A stretch of 64,000 nt of DNA from NCBI GenBank assembly GCA_043743335.1, contig JAYTWR010000074.1:3413-67412 (forward strand), written 5' to 3'. A program made the translations under genes and the position numbers. The notes beneath the pieces were generated by a model. The model saw only the letters and a program-made list of their open reading frames with translations. It was not told where the DNA came from and ran no database searches. Shown in pieces: positions 47,959 to 57,648 of this stretch. The DNA is from Burkholderiales bacterium. GTDB taxonomy: Bacteria > Pseudomonadota > Gammaproteobacteria > Burkholderiales > SG8-41. Numbering within the stretch: the first letter of the stretch is position 1; each line of letters opens with the position of its first letter.

Positions 47959-48849
47959 ATGGATAACAACACTCGACCGGTTTTCAATCGCGCTGCCGAA
48001 GACATCGGCAATTCCGTCTGGCTGGAGCATACCAATACCACGGTGCCGGATCAGATTCCTGCTGTGCTGTTTTACCTCACGGGCATGGGCCTCACGCGCG
48101 ACCCGTACATCATGACTGGGCTGGAGAATATGTGGGTCAACATTGGTCGGAGCCAAATTCACATGCCAGCGCGCGCGGCGCAGGTATTGCGCGGACACAC
48201 TGGCATTGTGCAGCCTGATCGTGCGGCGTTGCTCAAGCGCTTGGAGTATGTAACGCCCAAGCTAGCCGGCACTAAATTTGCCTATAAAGATTGCGGCGAA
48301 TATGTCGAAACCACTTGCCCGTGGGGTAACAAATTTAAGGTGTATGAGCCAGACCCGTCGCGCTTTGGCGGCGTGCAACTGGGCATCCCGTATGTCGAAT
48401 TCGATGTGCCGGTGGGCGTGGCGGACGGTATTGCGCGTTTTTACAACGCGGCGATTAAGGCGCCAGCGAAAGTGGTGGATGACAAAGCCGGTCGTGCGGC
48501 GCATGTGTTGGTGGGCCACAATCAGTATTTGATTTTCCGTGAGACCAGCAACCCGATCCCGGAATACGACGGCCATCATCTGCAAATCTACATTGCTGAC
48601 TTCTCCGGCCCGCACGATTGGCTGCAAGCCAAAGGCCTGATCACGGAAGAAAGCGATCAATACCAATATCGCTTCAAGGATATTGTCGATCCCGATTCCG
48701 GTAAATTCCTCTACACCATTGAACACGAGGTGCGCAGCATTACCCATCCGCTGTATGCGCGCCCGCTGGTGAACCGCAATCCGGTGCAAACCAATCGCAA
48801 CTACCGGCCCGGCTACGATGCGGGTCAGTGGGCCACGCCGCACGGGTAG
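47959..48849 (+). CDS. Conserved glyoxalase-like (VOC fold) protein
   Basis: GGAGG RBS; LEHTN..FY..G and GHHLQIY metal-ligand-like motifs. Confidence 0.65.
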   Translation: MDNNTRPVFNRAAEDIGNSVWLEHTNTTVPDQIPAVLFYLTGMGLTRDPYIMTGLENMWVNIGRSQIHMPARAAQVLRGHTGIVQPDRAALLKRLEYVTPKLAGTKFAYKDCGEYVETTCPWGNKFKVYEPDPSRFGGVQLGIPYVEFDVPVGVADGIARFYNAAIKAPAKVVDDKAGRAAHVLVGHNQYLIFRETSNPIPEYDGHHLQIYIADFSGPHDWLQAKGLITEESDQYQYRFKDIVDPDSGKFLYTIEHEVRSITHPLYARPLVNRNPVQTNRNYRPGYDAGQWATPHG

Positions 48850-49825
48850 CGCAATCCATCCCGCAACAGCAGCAACGATATTCTGCGGCGCTTTGTGGTG
48901 GTTGATGGCAGGTGCCAGCGCTCAGGCGCAAGCGTGGCCTACGAAGCCCGTACGCCTGATTGTGCCGATGGCCGCTGGCGGTGGCAGTGATAGCGTAGCG
49001 CGTCTCTTGGCGGGCAAGTTGAGCGAAGCGCTCGGCCAGCAATTCGTGGTGGACAATCGCGGCGGGGGCGGGGGCTTAATCGGCATTGGCATGGCGGTGA
49101 AATCGCCGCCGGATGGCTACACCCTGATGCTGATTTCCGGCAGCGTGCCCGCCACCATCGCCGCGCACAAACCGCCGTATGATGCCATCGGCGGCTTGAG
49201 CGGCGTGATCCGTGTCGGCTACTCGCCGCTATTGCTGGTAGTGCATCCGTCGATACCGGTCAACACCGTAAAGGCGTTCATCGCGTTCGTGCGCGCGAAG
49301 CCGGGGCAACTGTCGTTTGTGGTGCCGGGCGTGGGCAGTCTCACGCACTTGGCGATGGCGCATTTGATGGCGATCACCCAGTTGCGCATGCTGCATGTGC
49401 CGTACAAAAGCACCGGGCTCGGTATGACCGATTTGATCGCCGGCCAAACGCAGGTAATGATGACTGGCATGCTGCCGGTGTTGCCCTATGTGCAGGCAGG
49501 GCGCTTGCGCGCGATCGCGGTGAGCACTGGGCAGCGCTGGCCGGCGCAGCCGGAGATTCCCGCTGTGGCGGAAACGCTGCCGGGCTTTGATGTGGAATCG
49601 TGGTTCGCCGTGGTTGCGCCCAAGGGCACGCCTGCGGCGGTGATCGCGCGAGTGAATAGCGAATCCAACAAGCTGCTGCAGGATGCCGCCTTGCGCAAAT
49701 CGCTGGACGCGCAAGGCATGGCGGCAGCGGGCGGCACAGCCGATGATGTCGACAAGCGTATGCGCACTGAGGTTGAGCGTTGGTCGAAAATCATTCGCGA
49801 CGCCAATATACGCATTGACGAATAA
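48818..49825 (+). CDS. Bug/TctC solute-binding protein
   Basis: WPTKPVRLIVP..GG.SD, DGYTL and HVPYK motifs; start uncertain. Confidence 0.92.
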   Translation: MRVSGPRRTGSAIHPATAATIFCGALWWLMAGASAQAQAWPTKPVRLIVPMAAGGGSDSVARLLAGKLSEALGQQFVVDNRGGGGGLIGIGMAVKSPPDGYTLMLISGSVPATIAAHKPPYDAIGGLSGVIRVGYSPLLLVVHPSIPVNTVKAFIAFVRAKPGQLSFVVPGVGSLTHLAMAHLMAITQLRMLHVPYKSTGLGMTDLIAGQTQVMMTGMLPVLPYVQAGRLRAIAVSTGQRWPAQPEIPAVAETLPGFDVESWFAVVAPKGTPAAVIARVNSESNKLLQDAALRKSLDAQGMAAAGGTADDVDKRMRTEVERWSKIIRDANIRIDE

Positions 49826-49972
49826 ACAAAAAAATCAATAAAATCAATTAGTTACGTTTTATCTGTCGATTAGAAATCAGACCGGGAGGCGGGCATGTGG
49901 GCGGCAAAGCAGTTGGTAATAGGCGCGTCGTTTGCGGCAATGGCCGCGACGGCAGGCGCGCAAACAGGTAAC

Positions 49973-50302
49973 TCAATCCACAATAAACAGCGTCGCGCCG
50001 ATGGCCGTGAACGAGCGGTGTGCGTCGGCGTCATCGGCTACCTGATAGCTCATACCGGGCTTCAAGGTGTGGGTGCGGCCATCTTTGAGTTCGGTGGTGA
50101 GCTCGCCGGCCATGCAAAGCAGGAAATGCCCTTTGTCACACCAATGATCGGCAAGGTAGCCGGGCGTGTAGTCGACCATGCGCACACGCACGTCGCCGAA
50201 TTGCTGCGTGCGCCAGAAGGCTTTGCCGGTTGCGCCCGGATATTCTGTGCGCTCGATTTTTGACCAGTCGGTGGTGCCAAACGGTATGTTATTGATTTTC
50301 AT
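49973..50302 (-). CDS. DHCW-motif cupin-fold protein
   Basis: YLADHWCDKGH; terminal LFIVD. Confidence 0.88.
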   Translation of the reverse strand: MKINNIPFGTTDWSKIERTEYPGATGKAFWRTQQFGDVRVRMVDYTPGYLADHWCDKGHFLLCMAGELTTELKDGRTHTLKPGMSYQVADDADAHRSFTAIGATLFIVD

Positions 50303-50347
50303 GGGAATTTTTACTGTTATTGCCGGGAAAGTCCCATTCTACCCGCT

Positions 50348-50382
50348 AAAAAAACCGGCCTGTGATGACACAGGCCGGTTTT
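50348..50382 (-). terminator. Intrinsic terminator (possibly bidirectional)
   Basis: AAAACCGGCCTGTG-ATGA-CACAGGCCGGTTTT hairpin with an A7 tract, just after the stop at 50402. Confidence 0.88.
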
Positions 50383-50401
50383 GATTTGATGCGCTACCAC
50401 C

Positions 50402-51028
50402 TTAGCGCATGATGGCGGAAGGCGGCGGCGGGGCGGAACCCGGTGGTGGTGGCGGCGCGTAGTAGGGCGCTTGTGCCTGCGGTGGCGGGGGCGGCGGTTG
50501 ATTGGCAGTGGGCGGCGGCGGGGCGTAGCCGGCTTGGGGCTGTGGCGCGGCGGCGGCGGGCGCGGTGGCGCGTCCGGGTGTCATGTTGCCGCGCAGGGCA
50601 ACGCGGTGCCCCTTGGCGTACATGCACTGGGCGTAGCCATCGTCGTAACGGCGTTGCACGGCATAGCCCGACTGATTGCCCGTGGCCGCGCCGGTCAGCA
50701 CCCCCATCAGCAGGCCGATCCCTGCGCCAGCGCCTGCAGCTTGGCTGGAGTTGCCGATGGCCGCACCGGCAGCGGCACCGATCACCGTACCGATAGCGGC
50801 GTTTTTGACGGCGTTGTTTTCTTGCGTGGCCGTGGGCGACGCGCCGGAATACTCGGTCGCGTATTGACGGCAACTCGTGTCGTCGGCGCGGAACTGGTCG
50901 AAATTCATGCCGGTGCCGGGCATGGCCGCAGTGCTCGGGCCGGTAGGCATGCTCACGCAGCCGCCCAGCCCAAGGCTTATCAAGGCCAGCAGCGCTACGG
51001 CTTTACGGTTCACGCGATCCAGTGTCAT
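50402..51028 (-). CDS. Glycine-zipper lipoprotein with Pro-rich tail
   Basis: Lipobox LGGC; GAAAGAAIG zipper; Q.RYD..Y.QCMYAKG; PPPP tail. Confidence 0.85.
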   Translation of the reverse strand: MTLDRVNRKAVALLALISLGLGGCVSMPTGPSTAAMPGTGMNFDQFRADDTSCRQYATEYSGASPTATQENNAVKNAAIGTVIGAAAGAAIGNSSQAAGAGAGIGLLMGVLTGAATGNQSGYAVQRRYDDGYAQCMYAKGHRVALRGNMTPGRATAPAAAAPQPQAGYAPPPPTANQPPPPPPQAQAPYYAPPPPPGSAPPPPSAIMR

Positions 51029-51038
51029 GGCTTTAGCC

Positions 51039-51524
51039 TTATTGAGGTGCGTGGGGCACGACGCGCTGCCACGGTGATGCGCAGGTTTGTGCGTGCGGAT
51101 AATAGGTTTGGGAGTCTTGGCAGAAATACCAGTATTGCTGCTGTGCTTGGGCCTGCACTTGCGGCGCGGAACCCACGGGCGGGGCTGACGCTGCGGCATT
51201 GGCAGCGGGCTGCTCGATATACACAATCGGTTGTTGTTGCACGATCACCGGCGCTACCGGCGGATAGTACGCCGGGGCATAGCCGTAATACGGATAGCCA
51301 TAAGGCTCGTAGTAGTAGGGCCGCGAGTAGTAGTGGGGCCGCGAGTAGGCGTAGGGCGAAGCCAGAATGCTCGCACCCACAATGCCCGCACCGACGACCA
51401 CGCCGACGCGCGCGCCGCCACGATGATGATGATGGCCCGGACGAGCGGTGGCATCCGTGGCGACTATCGTCAGCGCGCCTGTCGCGGCGAGGCTAATGAC
51501 GGTGGCGGCAGCGAGTTTTTTCAT
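51039..51524 (-). CDS. Secreted Tyr/Pro-rich protein
   Basis: GGAG RBS; MKKL signal peptide; YYSRP repeats; C-terminal YWYFC..YYP...C..PW. Confidence 0.8.
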   Translation of the reverse strand: MKKLAAATVISLAATGALTIVATDATARPGHHHHRGGARVGVVVGAGIVGASILASPYAYSRPHYYSRPYYYEPYGYPYYGYAPAYYPPVAPVIVQQQPIVYIEQPAANAAASAPPVGSAPQVQAQAQQQYWYFCQDSQTYYPHAQTCASPWQRVVPHAPQ

Positions 51525-51883
51525 GGTGTTCTCCGGTTTGCGGCTACGGCGGTTCATTGCGTCAAATAGGCCAAGATTGCGGTTTACGGCTGAATCCAAT
51601 AACGCATGATGATAGGGGTTCGGATGACACGCGGCGCAGGAAACTTGTTACAAAATGTAACTAATTGATTTTAAAGGATAATTCAATCAACAATCTGCCG
51701 TGTTTTAAGGCCTGAAACAGGTGTTTTCGCGCCGCACTGCCGACTTTCAAAAGCGCTAACTAGCCTGCCTGAAAACGTTCAATAAAACAATAGCTTGTCA
51801 GAGAGCGCCAAATCATTGCGGCAGCACGCTTGATTTGGACGCCGCGCACGTGACACAGTTCAACCCGAAACTTTGGAGAAGCC

Positions 51884-53650
51884 ATGAATTTGCCGCAAAC
51901 CGGACCGCCCGAAACCAATCTCATTGTGCACGACGCGCCGGTCGCCAGCCGCCCCAGCGAAACTTTCTGGGGCAGCGACCCCGTGGCGCTGATGCTGCGC
52001 GAACTCGGCGTGCCGTATATCGCTCTGGTGCCTGGCTCTAGCTATCGGGGCCTGCACGATAGCATCGTCAATCTGCTGGGCAACCGCGCGCCGCAAATGG
52101 TGTTGTGCGTACACGAAGAAACGGCGGTGGCGATTTCGCACGGCTATGCCAAAGTCACCGACAAAATGATGGCGAGCGGCCTGCACGCCAACATTGGCCT
52201 GATGCGCGCAACCATGGCGATATACAACGCCTGGTGTGATCGTGCGCCGGTGCTGATTTTCGGTGCCACCGGCCCGTGGGATGCCACACAGCGCCGCCCG
52301 TGGATCGATTGGATCCACACCAGCAGCGATCAAGGCGGCCTCATTCGCAACTTCACCAAGTGGGACAACCAGCCGGGCTCGCCTGCCGCTGCGGTCGAGG
52401 CCATCATGCGCGCCTCGCAAATCGCGCAGACCACGCCCAAAGGGCCGGTGTATATCAATCTCGAAGTGGCGATGCAGGAAACCCAACTCGGCCCGCTGCC
52501 AGCGTTGCGCGACCCGGCGCGTCACGCGCCGCCGCAAGCGCCGCAGCCTTCAGCCGCGTTGCTACAGGCGGCGGCGCAACTGTTGTCGAACGCCAAACGC
52601 CCGGTGATTCTCGCCGGACGTTGTTCGCGCAGTGAAGCTGGCTGGAAAGCGCGCATCGCACTCGCCGAAAAACTCAATGCGCCGGTGTGTACCAACATCA
52701 AGTTGGCAGCCGCGTTTCCGACCGATCACCCGCTGCACGCCGCAGCGCCGGGCGCGTATCTCACCGATGAAGCGCGTGCCATGGTGCGCGAGGCCGATGT
52801 GGTGTTGTCGCTGGATTACCTCGATCTTGCGGGTACGTTGAAGCAAGCCTTTGGCGACAAGCCCGTGAGCGCCAAGGTGATACAGGTATCGTGCGACGCG
52901 CACAGTCATCGCGGCGGCGGTGCAGATCACTTTGGTTTGCCGCCGATGGATATTTATTTGATGTGCGAAACCGATGCCGCAGTACCGCTGCTGCTGGATG
53001 CCGTCAGCGCGCGCACCGCACCTGCCCACGTGCCTGCCGCGCCAGCCTTGCCCGCTGCGCCGAACGCGGTGTCGCTGCGCGGCGTGGGTTTGGCGCTGGA
53101 ACAGGCCACGCGCGGCGTGGCGGTGTGCTACACCCGCTTTCCGCTGGGCTGGAACGGCGCGTATACGCATTTCAGGCACCCGCTGGATTACATTGGCCAC
53201 GATGGCGGTGCGGGCGTCGGCTCCGGGCCGGGCATGACGGTCGGTGCCGGGCTGGCGTTGAAAGGCAGCGGGCGTGTGCCCATCGCGCTGCTCGGCGATG
53301 GTGATTTTCTGATGGGCAACACCGCCGTGTGGACCGCCGCGCATTATCAGATTCCGTGCCTGATGATCGTGTGCAATAACCGCTCGTTCTACAACGACGA
53401 GCGCCACCAAGGCCGTATGGCCGCCAATCGCGGCCGTCCCGAAGAAAACCGCTGGATCGGCCAGCGCATTGATAATCCGCCTGTAGACATCGCCGCCATG
53501 GCGCGCTCACAAGGGGCGCTGGGCATAGGCCCGGTGGAAAAACCGGAAGACGTGCTGCCTGCCATTCAACAGGGCATTACGGCTGTGCGCGCCGGTACAC
53601 CGTGCGTGATCGATATGCGCGTGCTGCCGGGGTATGATACGCGAGCTTAA
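51884..53650 (+). CDS. Thiamine diphosphate-dependent enzyme (acetolactate synthase/decarboxylase family)
   Basis: PGSS, HEE..A...HGY and GDGD..NN TPP motifs. Confidence 0.92.
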   Translation: MNLPQTGPPETNLIVHDAPVASRPSETFWGSDPVALMLRELGVPYIALVPGSSYRGLHDSIVNLLGNRAPQMVLCVHEETAVAISHGYAKVTDKMMASGLHANIGLMRATMAIYNAWCDRAPVLIFGATGPWDATQRRPWIDWIHTSSDQGGLIRNFTKWDNQPGSPAAAVEAIMRASQIAQTTPKGPVYINLEVAMQETQLGPLPALRDPARHAPPQAPQPSAALLQAAAQLLSNAKRPVILAGRCSRSEAGWKARIALAEKLNAPVCTNIKLAAAFPTDHPLHAAAPGAYLTDEARAMVREADVVLSLDYLDLAGTLKQAFGDKPVSAKVIQVSCDAHSHRGGGADHFGLPPMDIYLMCETDAAVPLLLDAVSARTAPAHVPAAPALPAAPNAVSLRGVGLALEQATRGVAVCYTRFPLGWNGAYTHFRHPLDYIGHDGGAGVGSGPGMTVGAGLALKGSGRVPIALLGDGDFLMGNTAVWTAAHYQIPCLMIVCNNRSFYNDERHQGRMAANRGRPEENRWIGQRIDNPPVDIAAMARSQGALGIGPVEKPEDVLPAIQQGITAVRAGTPCVIDMRVLPGYDTRA

Positions 53651-53668
53651 AATCTGAGACTTAAAAAA

Positions 53669-54640
53669 ATGCAAATAAAACAAATACTTACGATTGCCAT
53701 CTCCACCCTGTCCAGTGCGTTCATCCCCATGGCGGCAGCGCAAAACTATCCCGTGAAGCCGATTCGGCTGGTGGTGGGTTTTCCTGCGGGCGGCCCGGCG
53801 GACATTATCGCGCGCACCACGGGGCAAAAGCTGTCTGAGCTGATTGGCCAGCCGGTCGTGATCGACAATCGCGGCGGCGCGAGCGGCATGATCGCAGCGG
53901 AAAACGTGGCGAAATCGTCGCCCGATGGCTACACCACGCACCTTGCCGGCGTGAGCGTGATGACCACCAACCCGGTGCTGTACAAAAAAGTGCCGTATGC
54001 GCTGAGTGATTTCGCGCTGGTGACGCTGGCGGTGAAAGTGCCCGAAGCGCTGGTGGTGCATCCCGCACTGCCGGTGAAAACGACCAAGGAATTCATCGCG
54101 CTGGCCAAGGCGCGTCCGGGCGAATTGAATTACGGCTCGGCGGGCGCGGGCGGCGTACCGCATCTGGCGGCGGAGTTGTTCAACACCGCGGCAGGCGTCA
54201 AGGCCAATCACATTCCGTACAAGGGTGCCGCACCCGCTGTGGCCGACATGCTGGGCGGCCATACGCAATACGGCTTTTGGGATACGCCCATCCTCGTGCC
54301 GCATGTGGGCAGCGGCAAGCTGCGCGCGTTGTTTATCGCCACCGCCAACCGCTGGCAGGGTTTCGCTAACGTGCCGACCAGCGCAGAGGTGGGCCTGCCG
54401 TCAGTCATCATCGACAATTGGTATTGCGTTGTGGTGCCGGCGGCGACACCCAAAAACATCGTGGCGCAATTGCAGGGCGCGTTTGCCAAGGCGCTGCAAT
54501 CGCCGGAGGTGCGTGATCGTTTGGGCGCGCAAGGTGTGGTGACAGTCGGTTCAAGCACGGAGGAGATGGTGACGCATCTGAAAGCGGAAACCGAAAAATG
54601 GGTGCGCGTGGCGAAATCGACGGGGCTGACGCTGGATTAG
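53669..54640 (+). CDS. Bug/TctC solute-binding protein
   Basis: YPVKPIRLVVGFPAGGPAD; DGYT; HIPYKG. Confidence 0.95.
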   Translation: MQIKQILTIAISTLSSAFIPMAAAQNYPVKPIRLVVGFPAGGPADIIARTTGQKLSELIGQPVVIDNRGGASGMIAAENVAKSSPDGYTTHLAGVSVMTTNPVLYKKVPYALSDFALVTLAVKVPEALVVHPALPVKTTKEFIALAKARPGELNYGSAGAGGVPHLAAELFNTAAGVKANHIPYKGAAPAVADMLGGHTQYGFWDTPILVPHVGSGKLRALFIATANRWQGFANVPTSAEVGLPSVIIDNWYCVVVPAATPKNIVAQLQGAFAKALQSPEVRDRLGAQGVVTVGSSTEEMVTHLKAETEKWVRVAKSTGLTLD

Positions 54641-54689
54641 CGCTGTATTAAATATTCAATTAAATCAATTAGTTACCGGAGTAATTCAG

Positions 54690-55970
54690 ATGAGGAACGT
54701 GTCGAAGTGGGTGATGTTGCTGGTGACGCTAGTCTTGGGCGCCTGCGCGAATCTACCTTCCGGTGGAGACCGCGCGAGCAGTCCTGAAAGTGTGGGTTTC
54801 TCTTCAGAGCGGCTGGCGAAGCTGACTGCGCGCATGCAGGAGGGCGTGGCAAAAGGCGAATACCCCGGTGCCGTGCTGATGATTGGGCGTCAGGGTAAGG
54901 TCGCCTACACGCAAACCTTCGGTGTGCTGAATCCGGAGACCGGCGTGGCCATGCGCGAGGACGCGATATTTCGTATTGCCTCGATGACCAAGCCGTTTGC
55001 CTCGCTGGCGATCATGATGCTGTCGGAAGAAGGCAAGCTCTCCATCGCGGATCGTGCCGATAAGTATTTGCCGGAACTCAAAGATATGAAAGTCGCGGTG
55101 TTCAAGCCGCCGGTGATGAACTTGGAGCCGCAACGAAACCCGATGACGGTGCAGGATCTGCTGCGGCATACCTCGGGATTACCCTCAGGCGAAGCCGATT
55201 CTTCCAATCCGGTGAAACGCCTGTACGCCGAAGCCAAAATCGGCAATCGTGGCTTTACCAACGAGCAATACATAGCCGCGCTGGCGAAAATGCCGCTGCT
55301 ATTTCAGCCGGGCACAACCTGGGAGTACGGCGCTTCGGTGGATGTGCTGGGCGTGATCGTCGAACGCGTGAGCGGTTTGCGCCTGGACAAATTTATCGCT
55401 GAGCGCATTACCGGTCCGTTGAAGCTGCACGATACCGGGTTTGAAGCGCCCGCAGCGCATGCTAATCGTGGCGCGCGTCCGCAGCGCGAAGGCCCAAAAA
55501 ATGTGCTGCCGAATATCGCGCTGGTAACCGACAACCAGACCTTCAAAGCTGGCGGTGGCGGCATGGTTTCCACGGCGGCGGATTACGCGCGTTTTTCCCA
55601 GTTTTTGCTCAATGGCGGCGAGCTGGACGGTGTGCGGCTGGTATCGCCCAAAACCATCGAGCTAATGACCAGTAATCAACTGCCGCCGGGGACGCGAATG
55701 GGGCCGGACATGCGGCGGTTTGAAGCGCTGGAACCATCGGCCAAGATGGGGCAGGGCTTCGGATTGGGCTTTGCGGTGCGCACCGACGCGGGCCGCAATC
55801 CGCTGCCAGGGTCGGTGGGGGATTATTACTGGGGCGGCGCGCAGGGCACTTATTTCTGGATCGATCCGAAGGAACAGCTCTACGTGGTGTTCATGATGCA
55901 GTCGCCGCAAGCACGATTGTCGTACCGCTTCTTGTTGCGGCAGATGGTGTATCAGGCGCTGGTGAAATGA
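54690..55970 (+). CDS. Serine hydrolase, class C beta-lactamase/esterase family lipoprotein
   Basis: Lipobox LGAC; SMTK; LLRHTSG; WEY; WGG. Confidence 0.92.
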   Translation: MRNVSKWVMLLVTLVLGACANLPSGGDRASSPESVGFSSERLAKLTARMQEGVAKGEYPGAVLMIGRQGKVAYTQTFGVLNPETGVAMREDAIFRIASMTKPFASLAIMMLSEEGKLSIADRADKYLPELKDMKVAVFKPPVMNLEPQRNPMTVQDLLRHTSGLPSGEADSSNPVKRLYAEAKIGNRGFTNEQYIAALAKMPLLFQPGTTWEYGASVDVLGVIVERVSGLRLDKFIAERITGPLKLHDTGFEAPAAHANRGARPQREGPKNVLPNIALVTDNQTFKAGGGGMVSTAADYARFSQFLLNGGELDGVRLVSPKTIELMTSNQLPPGTRMGPDMRRFEALEPSAKMGQGFGLGFAVRTDAGRNPLPGSVGDYYWGGAQGTYFWIDPKEQLYVVFMMQSPQARLSYRFLLRQMVYQALVK

Positions 55971-56064
55971 TAGTGCCGGGTGGGCGCGGATGGCGTGCTT
56001 ACCCGGCTGATCGTGCTGCGCCGCATTGTGCCGTGCCGTGCCGTGCCGTGCTGCGCGTACCGCG

Positions 56065-57492
56065 TTACTGCTTCAACGTCAGCTTCACCAGCTTGTCCGC
56101 GCGCGGTTCGTTCTCCAAATTGCGGCATGTGGCCACGATTTGCTCGTACTGCGCTGCCGGGATCGGCAGGCTGTTGGCGATGCCGCTGATGCGCTTGGCG
56201 AGGGTGTCGAATTCCCAAATGAATTCACGGCCTGTGGATTGGCGGCTGTAGCTCTTGCCGTCTTTCGTAAAGATCGTGAAGCGCGGGCCGAATAGCGTCA
56301 TCTTGTGTGAGGGGATGATGGTGACGCGCTTCATCAATTCCACCACTTCCGGCGGCGCGTCTTTGGCTTCGATTTTTTGCCCGGCGGTCACTGGGTAGCT
56401 GCGCTTTACCACGCCATAGGCGGTGAAATACGCCGTGCCGCCGATGCGCGCTTCGCCGTCTTCGCGGCGACTGGTGAAGGCGGGGCTGGGGTATTGCGTT
56501 TCCAGCCAGTTGACCACGGCTTCGATGCGATCCACGTCTTCGTGGCGGATGTTGTTGTCGTTGCAAATCGCGGCGGGCACATCGATGTGCGCAATGTTGT
56601 AGCCCGCGGTGTAATAAATGCGATACAGCGTTTCGAGGAACATCCAGTCGCGGCCGAGATTGGCCGTGATGTTGGCGAGATTCGCTTTGACATCGCCGGC
56701 AAAGCTGTACGTGATGCTGCCTTTGTTGTTGCCGGTGTAGGCGTGGTAGAAGCCCGCTTCGCCTTCCAGCACGGTGTCGGCGCTGGCATGGCCCGCTTGC
56801 GCCAGCGTGACCGCGAGCAGCGCGCTGCGGGTGGCGGCACCTTCACGCAGGGCTTTGCCGCCGCCGCGTGCGCTTTCGAGATTGCCGCTCGCAAGGCTTG
56901 CGCACAGCGCGATGGTACTGTTCATTTGATCTTCATTCAGTTTCATGATTTTCGCTGCCGCCACCGCTGCGCCGAAAATGCCGAACACCGGCCCCGGGTG
57001 AAAGCCGCGCGCCATCACCGACGGAATAAACTCGGCAGCCATGCGTTCCATCACTTCATAGCCCGCGACCACGCCGGTGAGATAGTCTTTGCCGGATGCG
57101 CCCACGCTTTCTGCTGCCACCAGCGCGCTGGGAATAATGGCCGTATTCGGGTGCGTGAGCATGCGGAAGGTGTCGTACTTGCCGCCGCTCAACGCGGTTT
57201 CGGAATTGGCGTAACCCGCACCGCCTTTGGTGACAAGCGTGCCGTCTACCATCAACGTTGCGCCTTTTGTGACGCCAGCTTCTTCGTCGGCAATCATCTT
57301 CAAAGCCTGCTTGCCCGACGCCGTTTGCGAGCCGATCAGTACCGAGGCGATAGCCTGCAGCGACACGCCCTTGGCGCGATCCACCACTGCGGCGGGCAAG
57401 TCTTCGTAGCGCAGGCCAGCGGCCCATTTGGCTAGGTCGCGGCTGATTGAGAGGCTAACTGAGGGGCTAACTGAGGGGCTAACTGAGGCCAT
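56065..57492 (-). CDS. MmgE/PrpD family protein
   Basis: GGAG RBS; LRYEDLP, HP, GYE, RGFH and LEGEAGF motifs. Confidence 0.9.
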   Translation of the reverse strand: MASVSPSVSPSVSLSISRDLAKWAAGLRYEDLPAAVVDRAKGVSLQAIASVLIGSQTASGKQALKMIADEEAGVTKGATLMVDGTLVTKGGAGYANSETALSGGKYDTFRMLTHPNTAIIPSALVAAESVGASGKDYLTGVVAGYEVMERMAAEFIPSVMARGFHPGPVFGIFGAAVAAAKIMKLNEDQMNSTIALCASLASGNLESARGGGKALREGAATRSALLAVTLAQAGHASADTVLEGEAGFYHAYTGNNKGSITYSFAGDVKANLANITANLGRDWMFLETLYRIYYTAGYNIAHIDVPAAICNDNNIRHEDVDRIEAVVNWLETQYPSPAFTSRREDGEARIGGTAYFTAYGVVKRSYPVTAGQKIEAKDAPPEVVELMKRVTIIPSHKMTLFGPRFTIFTKDGKSYSRQSTGREFIWEFDTLAKRISGIANSLPIPAAQYEQIVATCRNLENEPRADKLVKLTLKQ

Positions 57493-57648
57493 GTGTGTTT
57501 CTCCAAGTTGAAAAATTCGGGATAACGCGATAACGACTGATGGCCACACTATGGGCGTGTGACCAGGGTCAATGCGTGCGGCCGAGCATTATGGCAAATT
57601 CCACGCTTAACGGTTACTCGCGCGCGCGAAATCTTTCGGCGCAGATGC

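Noticed and set aside
51600-51883. TPP riboswitch upstream of the ThDP enzyme
   Set aside because: No CTGAGA or ACCTG..GGGA core seen
54690-55970. AmpC beta-lactamase
   Set aside because: SMTK/LLxHTSG/WGG pattern matches family VIII esterase-like hydrolases; the KTG motif is absent
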